The notes under the pieces were generated by a model. The model was not told the origin of the DNA. It worked only from the letters and a program-made list of their open reading frames with translations, and did not search any database. A stretch of 43,433 bases of DNA from Minisyncoccota bacterium. Its GTDB lineage: Bacteria; Patescibacteriota; Minisyncoccia; Minisyncoccales; UBA5738. Made by a program: the position numbers and the translations under genes. Location: the NCBI GenBank assembly GCA_025453415.1, contig JALOQL010000002.1:1-43433 (forward strand). The letters run 5' to 3'. Shown piece by piece: positions 9,242 through 17,038 of this stretch; position 1 is the stretch's first letter, and every line of letters begins with the position of its first letter.

Positions 9242-10233
9242 AGGCTCATCGTTTTTTTAACCGCCGCGACTATTTGCTCAGCCTTGGGATAATAAGCCGC
9301 CTCAAGCGAACGGCTGGCCGGCGCCGGACAATCCGGCAAACAGACTTTTTCTATCGGCGCCTTCAATGTATATACTTTTGTATATACATGAGTATATACT
9401 CGGCAAGCGATTTCCGAAGAGACGCCAAAACTCTGCCAGGCGCCTTCGGCGATCACCAGGCGGCCGGTCTTTTTGACCGATCCCAGGATCAGCGGCATAT
9501 CAAGCGGTTTTATCGTGCGCGGGTCGATCACTTCGATATCGATTCCCTCTTTTGCCAAAATTTCGGCGGCCTTCAATGCCTCGGGCACCAGATATGATAT
9601 CGCGACCACGGTCGCGTCGGAACCGTTGCGCAGTAATTTTCCTTTGCCGATCGGCACTTCATACAGTTCTTCGGGAACCTCCTCCTCCAGGCCGTAAAGC
9701 CAGCGGTCATCCAAAAAGACCACCGGGTCCGCGTCGCGCACCGCGCTGACCAACAGCCCCTTGGCATCGTAGGGACCGGACGGCATCACCACTTTCAGGC
9801 CCGGCGCGTGGGCGAAGATCGCCTGGATCGCCTGCGAATGCTGGGCGGCCTGCTCGCCGCCGCGGTTGATTATTCCCCAAAACACCGCCGGCACATTGGA
9901 ATTGCCGCCGGCCATATAGCGCCAATTGGCCGCGCCGTTGATGATCGCGTCCAACGCGTAAAACATGAAATCCAAACGCGGATAGTTCATTACGGGTTTC
10001 AGTCCGTTCATCGCGCTGCCGGCCGCCACGCCGCTCATCGCGTTTTCGGAAATCGGCGTATCAATGACCCTTTCTTCGCCGAATTCCTGGATCAGGCCGT
10101 TGCAGGTATTGCCCACGTACCACGGGCTCTTCACCCCCTGGCCGATCACAAAAACCGCCGGGTCGCTTTCCATAAGCTGGCGCAAGGCTTCGTTGATCGC
10201 CAAACCAAATTTCAATTTCCTATTCGAAGACAT
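9238..10233 (-). CDS. ThDP-dependent 2-oxoacid/acetoin dehydrogenase E1 component, beta subunit
   Basis: 331 aa. Motifs: VFVIGQGV, RVIDTPISENAMSGVAAGSAMNGLKPV, VVMPSGPYDAKGLL, EVIDPRTIKPLD. These fit the Transket_pyr + transketolase_C architecture. Confidence 0.9.
   Translation of the reverse strand: MSSNRKLKFGLAINEALRQLMESDPAVFVIGQGVKSPWYVGNTCNGLIQEFGEERVIDTPISENAMSGVAAGSAMNGLKPVMNYPRLDFMFYALDAIINGAANWRYMAGGNSNVPAVFWGIINRGGEQAAQHSQAIQAIFAHAPGLKVVMPSGPYDAKGLLVSAVRDADPVVFLDDRWLYGLEEEVPEELYEVPIGKGKLLRNGSDATVVAISYLVPEALKAAEILAKEGIDIEVIDPRTIKPLDMPLILGSVKKTGRLVIAEGAWQSFGVSSEIACRVYTHVYTKVYTLKAPIEKVCLPDCPAPASRSLEAAYYPKAEQIVAAVKKTMSL
9368..9399. repeat. Three phased copies (12-nt period) of the palindromic octamer GTATATAC inside the E1-beta gene
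   Basis: gtatatac at 9368-9375, 9380-9387 and 9392-9399, separated by tttt and atga. On the coding strand this encodes VYTHVYTKVYT. Confidence 0.9.
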
Positions 10234-11191
10234 GTTTTTGCAAATCGCTTACGACCGGCCGCGGACTGTCGATCGCGTATTCCTGCGCTTTTTTAACTTT
10301 TTCGGTAATTTCCTGCTTCACGGTTTCCAATTCGTCCTTGTCAAAAATTTTGTTTTCCAATAAATATTTTTCAAACCGCATTACCGGGTCTTTCGCCCGC
10401 CATTCATCAACTTCCGCTTGCGGCCTGATATCGGTGTGCTGGCCCTGAATATTGTCATCCGGCCCCACGTGGCCGCGCATACGATACGTCAATGATTCGA
10501 TGAAATACGGCCCGAGACCGGCGCGGCAATGTTTGGCCGCAATCTTGGCGGCTTCGTAAACTTTCAAAATATCGTTACCGCCAACTTGCGCCGCCGCGAT
10601 ACCGAACGGCTCTGCTATTTTATAAAGAGGAATGCCGGGCCGGCACTCACGAATGTGAAGGTGCGTGGAGTACAGGTTGTTTTCGCAAACAAAAATTACC
10701 GGCAGGCATTTCAACGCCGCAAAATTAAGCGATTCGTAGATTATCCCTTCGCCCGCCGCGCCATCGCCAAAAAACGTCGCGGCGATCTGGCCGTTTTTCT
10801 TGATCGAATCCGCCAGCGCCGCCCCGACCGCCATCGCCACGGTCTGGGAAATTATCGGCGCCGAACCCATAAAATTGCAGTCTCGCGCCATAAGGTGCAT
10901 CGAACCGCCCCGGCCGCGGCTGCAACCGGTTTCCTTGGTATAGATCTCGGCCAGCATCCGGTTGAGGTCTCCCCCCTTGGCCAGATAATGGCCGTGGCCC
11001 CGGTGGTTCGAAAACACCTGGTCGCCGCTTTCCAGCGCGGCGCACACGCCCACCGCGGACGCTTCCTGGCCGGTATACAAATGGCACGGGGTTTTCACCT
11101 CGCCCTTCAATATCGGGTCGATCAGACATTCCTCGGCCAGCCGGATCGTCAGCATCTTCCGGTACAAATTTTCCAAAAATGATTTTTCCAT
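10220..11191 (-). CDS. ThDP-dependent 2-oxoacid/acetoin dehydrogenase E1 component, alpha subunit
   Basis: 323 aa. Motifs: HRGHGHYLAKGGD, GRGGSMHL, and the ThDP-binding GDGAAGEGIIYESLNFAALKCLPVIFVCENN. 14-nt overlap with the beta gene. Confidence 0.9.
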   Translation of the reverse strand: MEKSFLENLYRKMLTIRLAEECLIDPILKGEVKTPCHLYTGQEASAVGVCAALESGDQVFSNHRGHGHYLAKGGDLNRMLAEIYTKETGCSRGRGGSMHLMARDCNFMGSAPIISQTVAMAVGAALADSIKKNGQIAATFFGDGAAGEGIIYESLNFAALKCLPVIFVCENNLYSTHLHIRECRPGIPLYKIAEPFGIAAAQVGGNDILKVYEAAKIAAKHCRAGLGPYFIESLTYRMRGHVGPDDNIQGQHTDIRPQAEVDEWRAKDPVMRFEKYLLENKIFDKDELETVKQEITEKVKKAQEYAIDSPRPVVSDLQKHVFE

Positions 11192-11263
11192 TTTTTCTAC
11201 TAAAAACCCTGACCTAACTTTTTAAAATAATATTTTTTGGAGCATTATTTTACGCGGTCGGCC

Positions 11264-11299
11264 AAAAATACTAGGAAATTCGCCAGCCGGCGAATTTCC
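11264..11299 (-). terminator. Candidate intrinsic terminator after the initiating sugar transferase gene
   Basis: Perfect 11-bp stem ggaaattcgcc (11274-11284) / ggcgaatttcc (11289-11299) with a 4-nt loop. On the minus strand it is followed by TAGTATTTTTGG (T5 run at 11264-11268). It lies 35 nt after the stop at 11334, inside the only long (142 nt) gap among the co-directional genes. Confidence 0.45.
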
Positions 11300-11333
11300 G
11301 TGCTCCGCGAAAATGTTATTTTAAAAATTTAGA

Positions 11334-11927
11334 TCACTTAAAAACCTTTGCGATCGTCAAAAAGATTATCTTGATGTCGGTAAACAGCGATTTTTCCTTG
11401 ACGTATTTTTTTTGCAGCTCCAGTTTTTGGGGCCGGATAAGCCTCTGGTAGGCTTCCTCCGGGTCCTTGGCCCCTTTCAGCGCTTCCCCTTCATGGAAGT
11501 TCCAAAGGGACGCGTAATCGGTCATTCCCGGCCTCACGGACAAGATAACATCTTTTTCTTCCGGCGTCATCATATCCACATACATTTTCACTTCCGGCCG
11601 CGGCCCCACCAGGGACATCTGGCCTTTCAAGACGTTTATCAATTGCGGCAGTTCGTCCAGCTGGTATTTTTTCAGGAAGTTGCCGATGCGGGTCAGGCGC
11701 GGATCGTCGCTCGAAGTGGACGGCCCGCCCATTTTGTCGGCATCCACGACCATGGTCCTGAATTTTAACATTTTAAACGGTTTGCCGTTTTTGCCGACGC
11801 GCTCGCCCATGTAGAAAACCGGCCCGCGGTCATTGGCCTTTATCTTGGCCGCGACAAACAAAAACACCGGCGACAAAATCGCCAACCCCAAACCCGAACC
11901 CAGGATATCGATCAATCTTTTTATCAT
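11334..11927 (-). CDS. Small monotopic polyprenyl-phosphate sugar-1-phosphate transferase (Bac_transf; PglC/WbaP-C type initiating enzyme)
   Basis: 197 aa. N-terminal helix LGLAILSPVFLFVAAKI, then GKNGKPFKMLKFRTM and DELPQLINVLKGQMSLVGPRPE. Confidence 0.9.
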   Translation of the reverse strand: MIKRLIDILGSGLGLAILSPVFLFVAAKIKANDRGPVFYMGERVGKNGKPFKMLKFRTMVVDADKMGGPSTSSDDPRLTRIGNFLKKYQLDELPQLINVLKGQMSLVGPRPEVKMYVDMMTPEEKDVILSVRPGMTDYASLWNFHEGEALKGAKDPEEAYQRLIRPQKLELQKKYVKEKSLFTDIKIIFLTIAKVFK

Positions 11928-12706
11928 TTTATCGGACCGGTAAATTCAAACACGACCTTGAACGCGTATTTTTTCAAAAAAGGGATTTTCAAAAACAAGC
12001 GGTCGAACGGCTCGGCAACGTCCAGCAGCAGCCTTCCCCACGGCCGTCCGGAAACCGGAAAGAGCACCCAGTCGAACAAATGGAAATATTCAACATGTAC
12101 CTGCGTAAAATATTTTCTTGCCAAGGCAACGCCTTTCTCGTTGAAAATGTGGCTCGCGGCCCAGGCCGTGCGCTTCCCCGACCGGACATTACGGGCGCGG
12201 TTGGCGTTCGCCAGCGGGTTATGGCCGAAAGTTTCTATACCTATCAACATTCCGCCGGGACGCAGGATGCGCGCCATCTCCGGAAACGCTTTTTCGATAT
12301 CGATCGAAGAAAAGGTGCCGCCGTCAAAAATCACATCGAAACTATTGTCCGTAAAATCGGTTTTCTCGCAATCCATTTTCAAGAAACCAACCGTACCGTC
12401 CGATCCGGACGCCGCCGCATTTTTTTGGGCCGCTTCAAGCAATTTATCCGACAGGTCAATGCCCAGCACGCTTTTGACTCCCATTTTGCCGATCGGCATC
12501 GTGTGGACGCCATTGCCGCAACCCCAATCCAAAACCTCTTTGCTCATGCAATTTTTTTCCAATAATTCATGGGCGCGGCGAAAGCTGGACAGCCGCAACG
12601 GCTTGAATCCCTCGAAATCGACGGGTTCGCCCGCCCCGAACTCCGGAATCGCGGCACTGCCGGCCTGTTCGTAATATTCGATCTCTTCAGTTTTTCTGTC
12701 TTCCAT
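11924..12706 (-). CDS. Class I SAM-dependent methyltransferase
   Basis: 260 aa. Motif I VLDWGCGNGVHT, GIDLSDKLL, FDVIFDGG, LRPGGMLIGIE. 4-nt overlap with the downstream gene. Confidence 0.85.
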   Translation of the reverse strand: MEDRKTEEIEYYEQAGSAAIPEFGAGEPVDFEGFKPLRLSSFRRAHELLEKNCMSKEVLDWGCGNGVHTMPIGKMGVKSVLGIDLSDKLLEAAQKNAAASGSDGTVGFLKMDCEKTDFTDNSFDVIFDGGTFSSIDIEKAFPEMARILRPGGMLIGIETFGHNPLANANRARNVRSGKRTAWAASHIFNEKGVALARKYFTQVHVEYFHLFDWVLFPVSGRPWGRLLLDVAEPFDRLFLKIPFLKKYAFKVVFEFTGPIK

Positions 12707-13715
12707 GTTTTTCGGGAAACGATAATTTAATGATACCCCATACCGAGCCGAAACCGTAGCCGAAATGCCGCGCCGCGAATGCCGGCGGCAGCAATAACGC
12801 CAAGTACGGATCCCTTTCCTTTATAGCGGTTGCCATTGAAATTAATAATGAAAGCGCCAGGTAACCCGCGGCCAGTCCGGCCAGCAAATATGATGCCGGG
12901 TGCCAGAATAACGCGGCCGCGGCCAGTCCGGCCAGCAGTATCATGAAAAACAGCGGCGCGTAGTGGCGCGGCCTTAAAGGCATTTTCATGAATTTTAACG
13001 GATAAACCGCCCAGACGCCATCCCAAAAATTGTGGATAAAGAAATCCTTCAGGCTATCTTTGGGAAAATAGCCGACCACAATATCGGGATACAGCATGAT
13101 CCGGCCGCCGGCCTTTTTAAGCCGCATATTGAATTCCATGTCCTGGCTGCGTTTGAGCCGCTCATCAAACAAGCCAACCCGCCCGAAAACCTCTCTTTTA
13201 TAACAGCCGCCGAAAACCGTGTCCACCGCCATCGGCGCCGCAACCTTTTTGGTCTTGTAGTAGGCATTACCGGAACCAAACGCCGAAGATATCGCCTTGG
13301 CAATCGCCGCGGCCGCATGCTTGCCGTGTTGGGCGCGGATTTGGACAATGCCGCCGACATTGTCCGATCCCGATTCCTGCGCATGGATAACGCACTTGGA
13401 AATATAATCTCGGTTGTATCCGGCATGGGCGCCCATCATGATGATGTAATCGCCTTTCGCGGCGCGAACCCCGATATTGAAAGCGCTGGGAGTGAATTTT
13501 TTCGGATTTTCCAGCATCCGAACCAATGGATATTTATCGGAATAATTTTTAATTATCTCCCGGGTCTTGTCGGTGCTCATCCCGTCCACCACCATGACCT
13601 CGAAACGGTCGCGCGGATAATCCTGGTCCAAAACCGTTTCCAGGCATTTGCCCAGGAAACGCTCTTCATTCCGGCACGGAATCACTATTGAAACTAGGGG
13701 CAGGGTTCTTTCCAT
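12687..13715 (-). CDS. GT2-family glycosyltransferase with C-terminal membrane helices
   Basis: 342 aa. Motifs: VSIVIPCRNEERFLGKCLETVLDQDYP, VVDGMSTDKTREI, DTVFGGCYKREVF, QDMEFNMRLKKAGGRI, followed by several hydrophobic spans. It is a paralog of 16008..17018. Confidence 0.9.
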   Translation of the reverse strand: MERTLPLVSIVIPCRNEERFLGKCLETVLDQDYPRDRFEVMVVDGMSTDKTREIIKNYSDKYPLVRMLENPKKFTPSAFNIGVRAAKGDYIIMMGAHAGYNRDYISKCVIHAQESGSDNVGGIVQIRAQHGKHAAAAIAKAISSAFGSGNAYYKTKKVAAPMAVDTVFGGCYKREVFGRVGLFDERLKRSQDMEFNMRLKKAGGRIMLYPDIVVGYFPKDSLKDFFIHNFWDGVWAVYPLKFMKMPLRPRHYAPLFFMILLAGLAAAALFWHPASYLLAGLAAGYLALSLLISMATAIKERDPYLALLLPPAFAARHFGYGFGSVWGIIKLSFPEKHGRQKN

Positions 13716-13719
13716 GGAA

Positions 13720-14415
13720 TTAATTTTTCACCATTTGCCAGCAGTCCGCTCCCAATATTTTTACCACCCGGCCGCAATCAAAACCGCATTCGCGAATTTG
13801 GGTTTCTACCTCCGCAATCTTGATATTTCGGTCGTCGATTTCCCAGTAATGCGCCGGGTCTTTCCAAGTTATTTTTTTGACCACCTGCTGATAAAAAGAT
13901 TTCGGGCTGCTTTTTAACCACGCGGGCAAATCGATGATCCAGGGCTTTTTATAGGAAAGCGGCGTGGCCAGCAGAACGCGGCCGCGGCGGTGCGGCAGGG
14001 AAATGAGGGCTTGGCCGCCCGGGCGCAAATAGCGATTGATATTATTTAAATTGGTTTTCAAATCCTGGTAAGGCATGTGCTCTAAAACCTCGGTGCAAAT
14101 CACCGCGTCAAACCGTCCTTCCAGGCTTTCGTTAAAAACCCGAACATCGGCAACCACATCGGGCTGGAGCTTATCATTAATATCCATCACCATGTATTCT
14201 TCCGCGAATTGGGACGCGCAGTGTTTCACGATCCCGTCGCCGGAACCGATCTCCAAAATTTTTATCGGGCCCAAATCGAGCAGCCTGCGGATAATGAATT
14301 CATGCCGGCATAAACTCGGAATATCTATCCCCCGCAAATATTCTATCTTGTCTATAAAAAGCAATTTGTCGAAATCCTCTTTTTTATCCATGTAAATGTT
14401 AACCGTTAAAAACAA
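13720..14415 (-). CDS. Class I SAM-dependent methyltransferase
   Basis: The track start at 14415 is TTG. The first ATG is 14391 (MDKKEDF...), so the true start is uncertain. Motif I ILEIGSGDGI, VICTEVLEHM, LRPGGQALISLP. Confidence 0.8.
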   Translation of the reverse strand: MFLTVNIYMDKKEDFDKLLFIDKIEYLRGIDIPSLCRHEFIIRRLLDLGPIKILEIGSGDGIVKHCASQFAEEYMVMDINDKLQPDVVADVRVFNESLEGRFDAVICTEVLEHMPYQDLKTNLNNINRYLRPGGQALISLPHRRGRVLLATPLSYKKPWIIDLPAWLKSSPKSFYQQVVKKITWKDPAHYWEIDDRNIKIAEVETQIRECGFDCGRVVKILGADCWQMVKN

Positions 14416-14428
14416 TGGCCCCCGCGCA

Positions 14429-15334
14429 TCAAGCGGCCTGTCGGATTATACGGGCCGGGTTCCCGACCACCACCGCGCCGGCGGGCACCGATTTCAGCAC
14501 CACGGCGCCAAGCCCCACCGTAACCCGGTCGCCGACAACTATGCCGTTCATGATCGAGCTGTTGGGCGCGATCCAGCAATCGGCGCCGATCCGGGCGCTG
14601 CCGCACACCGCCGCGCCGGCGATAACCAGGGTCCGGGCGCCAATTTTGACATTATGGGCGACAAACACATTATCGTCAATTTTAACGTTGTCGGCGATCT
14701 CGGTGTCCGCAAGCGTGCCGCGGCAAATAACGCTGTTGGCGCCGATTTCCACATTATCGCCGATCACCACGCCGCCCAAATGCTTCAGAGGAAAAGGGAT
14801 CCGGTTTTCATCGCGTTCAAAACCAAAACCTTTCTGGCCCACCACCGCATTGGATTTAATGACCGTATTTTTGCCGATCCGCACGTTATCGGCAACGACC
14901 GCGCCGGCCATGACCACCGAACCGTCGCCGATGGCGACATTTTTTCCGATGACCGCGTATTCGCCAATGACAACGCGGCCGATCCGGCAACCCTCGCCGA
15001 TCAGCGCGGTGGGATGGATCTTGACTTCGAATTCCGGGGGCGTAAGGCGTTGGATCAATTTCGCAAACGCCAGCCGCGGATTTTGAACAACGACATAAGC
15101 CCGGCCGTTCTTTTGCGGCAATGTTGCGCCGCGGCGGCAAACCACGATCGAAGCGACGCTCTGCTCCAGAAACCGCGCCGCTTCTTCTCCCTGACGGCTG
15201 CAAAAGCAAAGCGATTCCCCGTTGGCGCGGTCAATGGGCAGGAAATTTGAAAAAGTCGCGGCCGGGTCGCCCTGAATTTCGATCTGCTCGCCGGCCAGAA
15301 CCTCTCTGACCGAATCCAATGTGTGTTTTTCCAT
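14429..15334 (-). CDS. LpxD-architecture left-handed beta-helix N-acyltransferase (nucleotide-sugar amine N-acyltransferase)
   Basis: 301 aa. The N-terminal domain resembles the LpxD uridine-binding domain (GDPAATFSNFLPIDRANGESLCFCS...ASIVVC). Hexapeptide repeats follow, with GQKGFGFERDE...VVIGDNVEIGANSVICRGTLADTEIADNVKIDDNVFVAHNVKIG. The LpxD C-terminal helical extension is absent. Confidence 0.85.
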   Translation of the reverse strand: MEKHTLDSVREVLAGEQIEIQGDPAATFSNFLPIDRANGESLCFCSRQGEEAARFLEQSVASIVVCRRGATLPQKNGRAYVVVQNPRLAFAKLIQRLTPPEFEVKIHPTALIGEGCRIGRVVIGEYAVIGKNVAIGDGSVVMAGAVVADNVRIGKNTVIKSNAVVGQKGFGFERDENRIPFPLKHLGGVVIGDNVEIGANSVICRGTLADTEIADNVKIDDNVFVAHNVKIGARTLVIAGAAVCGSARIGADCWIAPNSSIMNGIVVGDRVTVGLGAVVLKSVPAGAVVVGNPARIIRQAA

Positions 15335-15344
15335 GGTTTTCGCG

Positions 15345-15989
15345 CTAACGAATCGTCCATTTCACGACCTGGAAAGTTTCGGCGTATTCGGCATCGCCGC
15401 TCTGGCCCCCCCGGACTTTGGCCAGGCTGGAAATGAAATCGGGAGACATGTAAAAACGGTTCCCCTGCGATTTATAGCACGCAAGCGCGGCAATCTTCTT
15501 GTCCAGATCGCTTTTCCCAAGTACCACAAACGATTCGGTCTCAAAAGTCAGATTGTTCCAAGGGAGCTCATAGCCCAGAATGCTCACCTGGGTACCCTTG
15601 AACGCCCTCAAACCTTCTTGATACATGACTTGATGGTCCTGATGCACGTCAAAAACCGAAGGCAGCATCACAATGCCCGGATCGATCTTTCTCTTCAATC
15701 CGATCAGGTCGTCGAGGATTTGCTGGCGATGTCCGGGAAAATTCCTGACCGGATAATTGAAAAGGATAAGGTTTTCCGGCTTTAACCCCAAAATCCGGGT
15801 CGCTTCGCGCACTTCGGTTTTCAGGATATCGCGGGGAAATCCCGGCGGCACGGATTCGTCAGCCGAGGAAAAAGCCGCGTAAAACACTTCCTTGCCCTCC
15901 CGGATGAATTTGGCAATGGCGCCGCCGCAGCCCAATTCGCCGTCATCGGTATGGGGACATATTATCAATATTTTATCAAATGAATCCAT
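15345..15989 (-). CDS. PIG-L/LmbE-family N-acetyl-sugar deacetylase
   Basis: 214 aa. ILIICPHTDDGELGCGGAIAKF (PHxDD) and VFDVHQDHQ (HxDH) zinc-binding motifs. Confidence 0.9.
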   Translation of the reverse strand: MDSFDKILIICPHTDDGELGCGGAIAKFIREGKEVFYAAFSSADESVPPGFPRDILKTEVREATRILGLKPENLILFNYPVRNFPGHRQQILDDLIGLKRKIDPGIVMLPSVFDVHQDHQVMYQEGLRAFKGTQVSILGYELPWNNLTFETESFVVLGKSDLDKKIAALACYKSQGNRFYMSPDFISSLAKVRGGQSGDAEYAETFQVVKWTIR

Positions 15990-16007
15990 GGTTTTATTAT
16001 CCTAACA

Positions 16008-17018
16008 TTAATATTTTATTTTCCTCCGAGGCGGAATAAACAGCCTGGCGACGCCCATAATGGAACCCAGGCCGAACCCGAAATAACGAACGGTAAACGC
16101 CAGCGGTATTAGAAAAATGTAGGCCGGATTTTTTTCTCGGGCGGCGATCCTGGCCGCAAAGTTTAGGTTGGCGGCAAAATATACAGCACCCAATATCGCC
16201 AATAAGACCACGAAAGGCCACCAAATAAATGACAAGATGGCAAGACTAAAGGCACCCAAAATAAAAAGAAACGGAAGGTAATGGCGGAATTTCGAAGGAA
16301 ATTTTGCGAATTTTATCATGTAAACGACCCACATGCCGTCGCTGAATTCATGTTTCGCCAATTCTTTAAAACTGCTTTTCGCATAATAGCAAGACTTGAT
16401 GTCCGGAAACATCAGTATCCTGCCGCCGGATTTTTTCAACCGCATATTGAATTCCATATCCTGATGGCGTACTATTCCTTCGTTAAACATGCCAACCCTT
16501 TTAAAAACATCTTTTTTATAACAACCCCCAAAAACGGTATCCACCTCTATAAATGGACGATTGACCGATTCATCCAATCTTCTCGATTTGAACAAGCTCG
16601 ATAATGAAAAAACGATCGCTTTGGCGGTCAATGTATCCGCCATCGTTTTTACCATCAGCATTCCGCCCACATTGTCCGCGCCCGACGATTTCAAAGCCGC
16701 GACGCATTTTGAAATATAATCGCGCGGATATTCCGCGTGTGCGCCCATGATCATGATGCACTCTCCGCGGGCCGCTTTGATACCGATGTTAAAGGCGCAT
16801 GGAGTCGTCATAAGGGGATTATCCATCATCTTGACCCATGGACAGCGCCGCTCATAACCGGCGACTATCGAACGCGTACCGTCTTTTGACATTCCGTCAA
16901 CCACGATGACTTCCATCGATTCTTTCGGAAAAGACTGCTTTTCAAGCGAATCTAAACAAATCGCGATGTATTTTTCCTCGTTCCGGCAGGGAATGACAAT
17001 TGTGGCAATTATCGGCAT
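16008..17018 (-). CDS. GT2-family glycosyltransferase with C-terminal membrane helices (paralog of 12687..13715)
   Basis: 336 aa. Motifs: ATIVIPCRNEEKYIAICLDSLEKQSFP, VVDGMSKDGTRSI, DTVFGGCYKKDVF, QDMEFNMRLKKSGGRI, with a hydrophobic C-terminal third. Lower G+C than its paralog (20/60 on line 16261). Confidence 0.9.
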   Translation of the reverse strand: MPIIATIVIPCRNEEKYIAICLDSLEKQSFPKESMEVIVVDGMSKDGTRSIVAGYERRCPWVKMMDNPLMTTPCAFNIGIKAARGECIMIMGAHAEYPRDYISKCVAALKSSGADNVGGMLMVKTMADTLTAKAIVFSLSSLFKSRRLDESVNRPFIEVDTVFGGCYKKDVFKRVGMFNEGIVRHQDMEFNMRLKKSGGRILMFPDIKSCYYAKSSFKELAKHEFSDGMWVVYMIKFAKFPSKFRHYLPFLFILGAFSLAILSFIWWPFVVLLAILGAVYFAANLNFAARIAAREKNPAYIFLIPLAFTVRYFGFGLGSIMGVARLFIPPRRKIKY

Positions 17019-17038
17019 TTTGTAATTTAGAGTTTATT

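Noticed and set aside
9238-11191. Reading the ThDP-dependent pair as a phosphonopyruvate decarboxylase (phosphonate decoration), or as the central-metabolism pyruvate dehydrogenase
   Set aside because: No PEP mutase or AEP transaminase is present in the window, and phosphonopyruvate decarboxylases belong to a different ThDP family. No E2/E3 lies nearby either. The PDH option stays open and is listed under what would refute the finding.
14429-15334. Calling this gene bona fide lipid A lpxD
   Set aside because: No lpxA, lpxC, lpxB or lpxK lies nearby, and the gene is embedded in a repeat-unit operon next to a PIG-L deacetylase. I kept only the family-level call. A lipid A role cannot be excluded without the whole genome.
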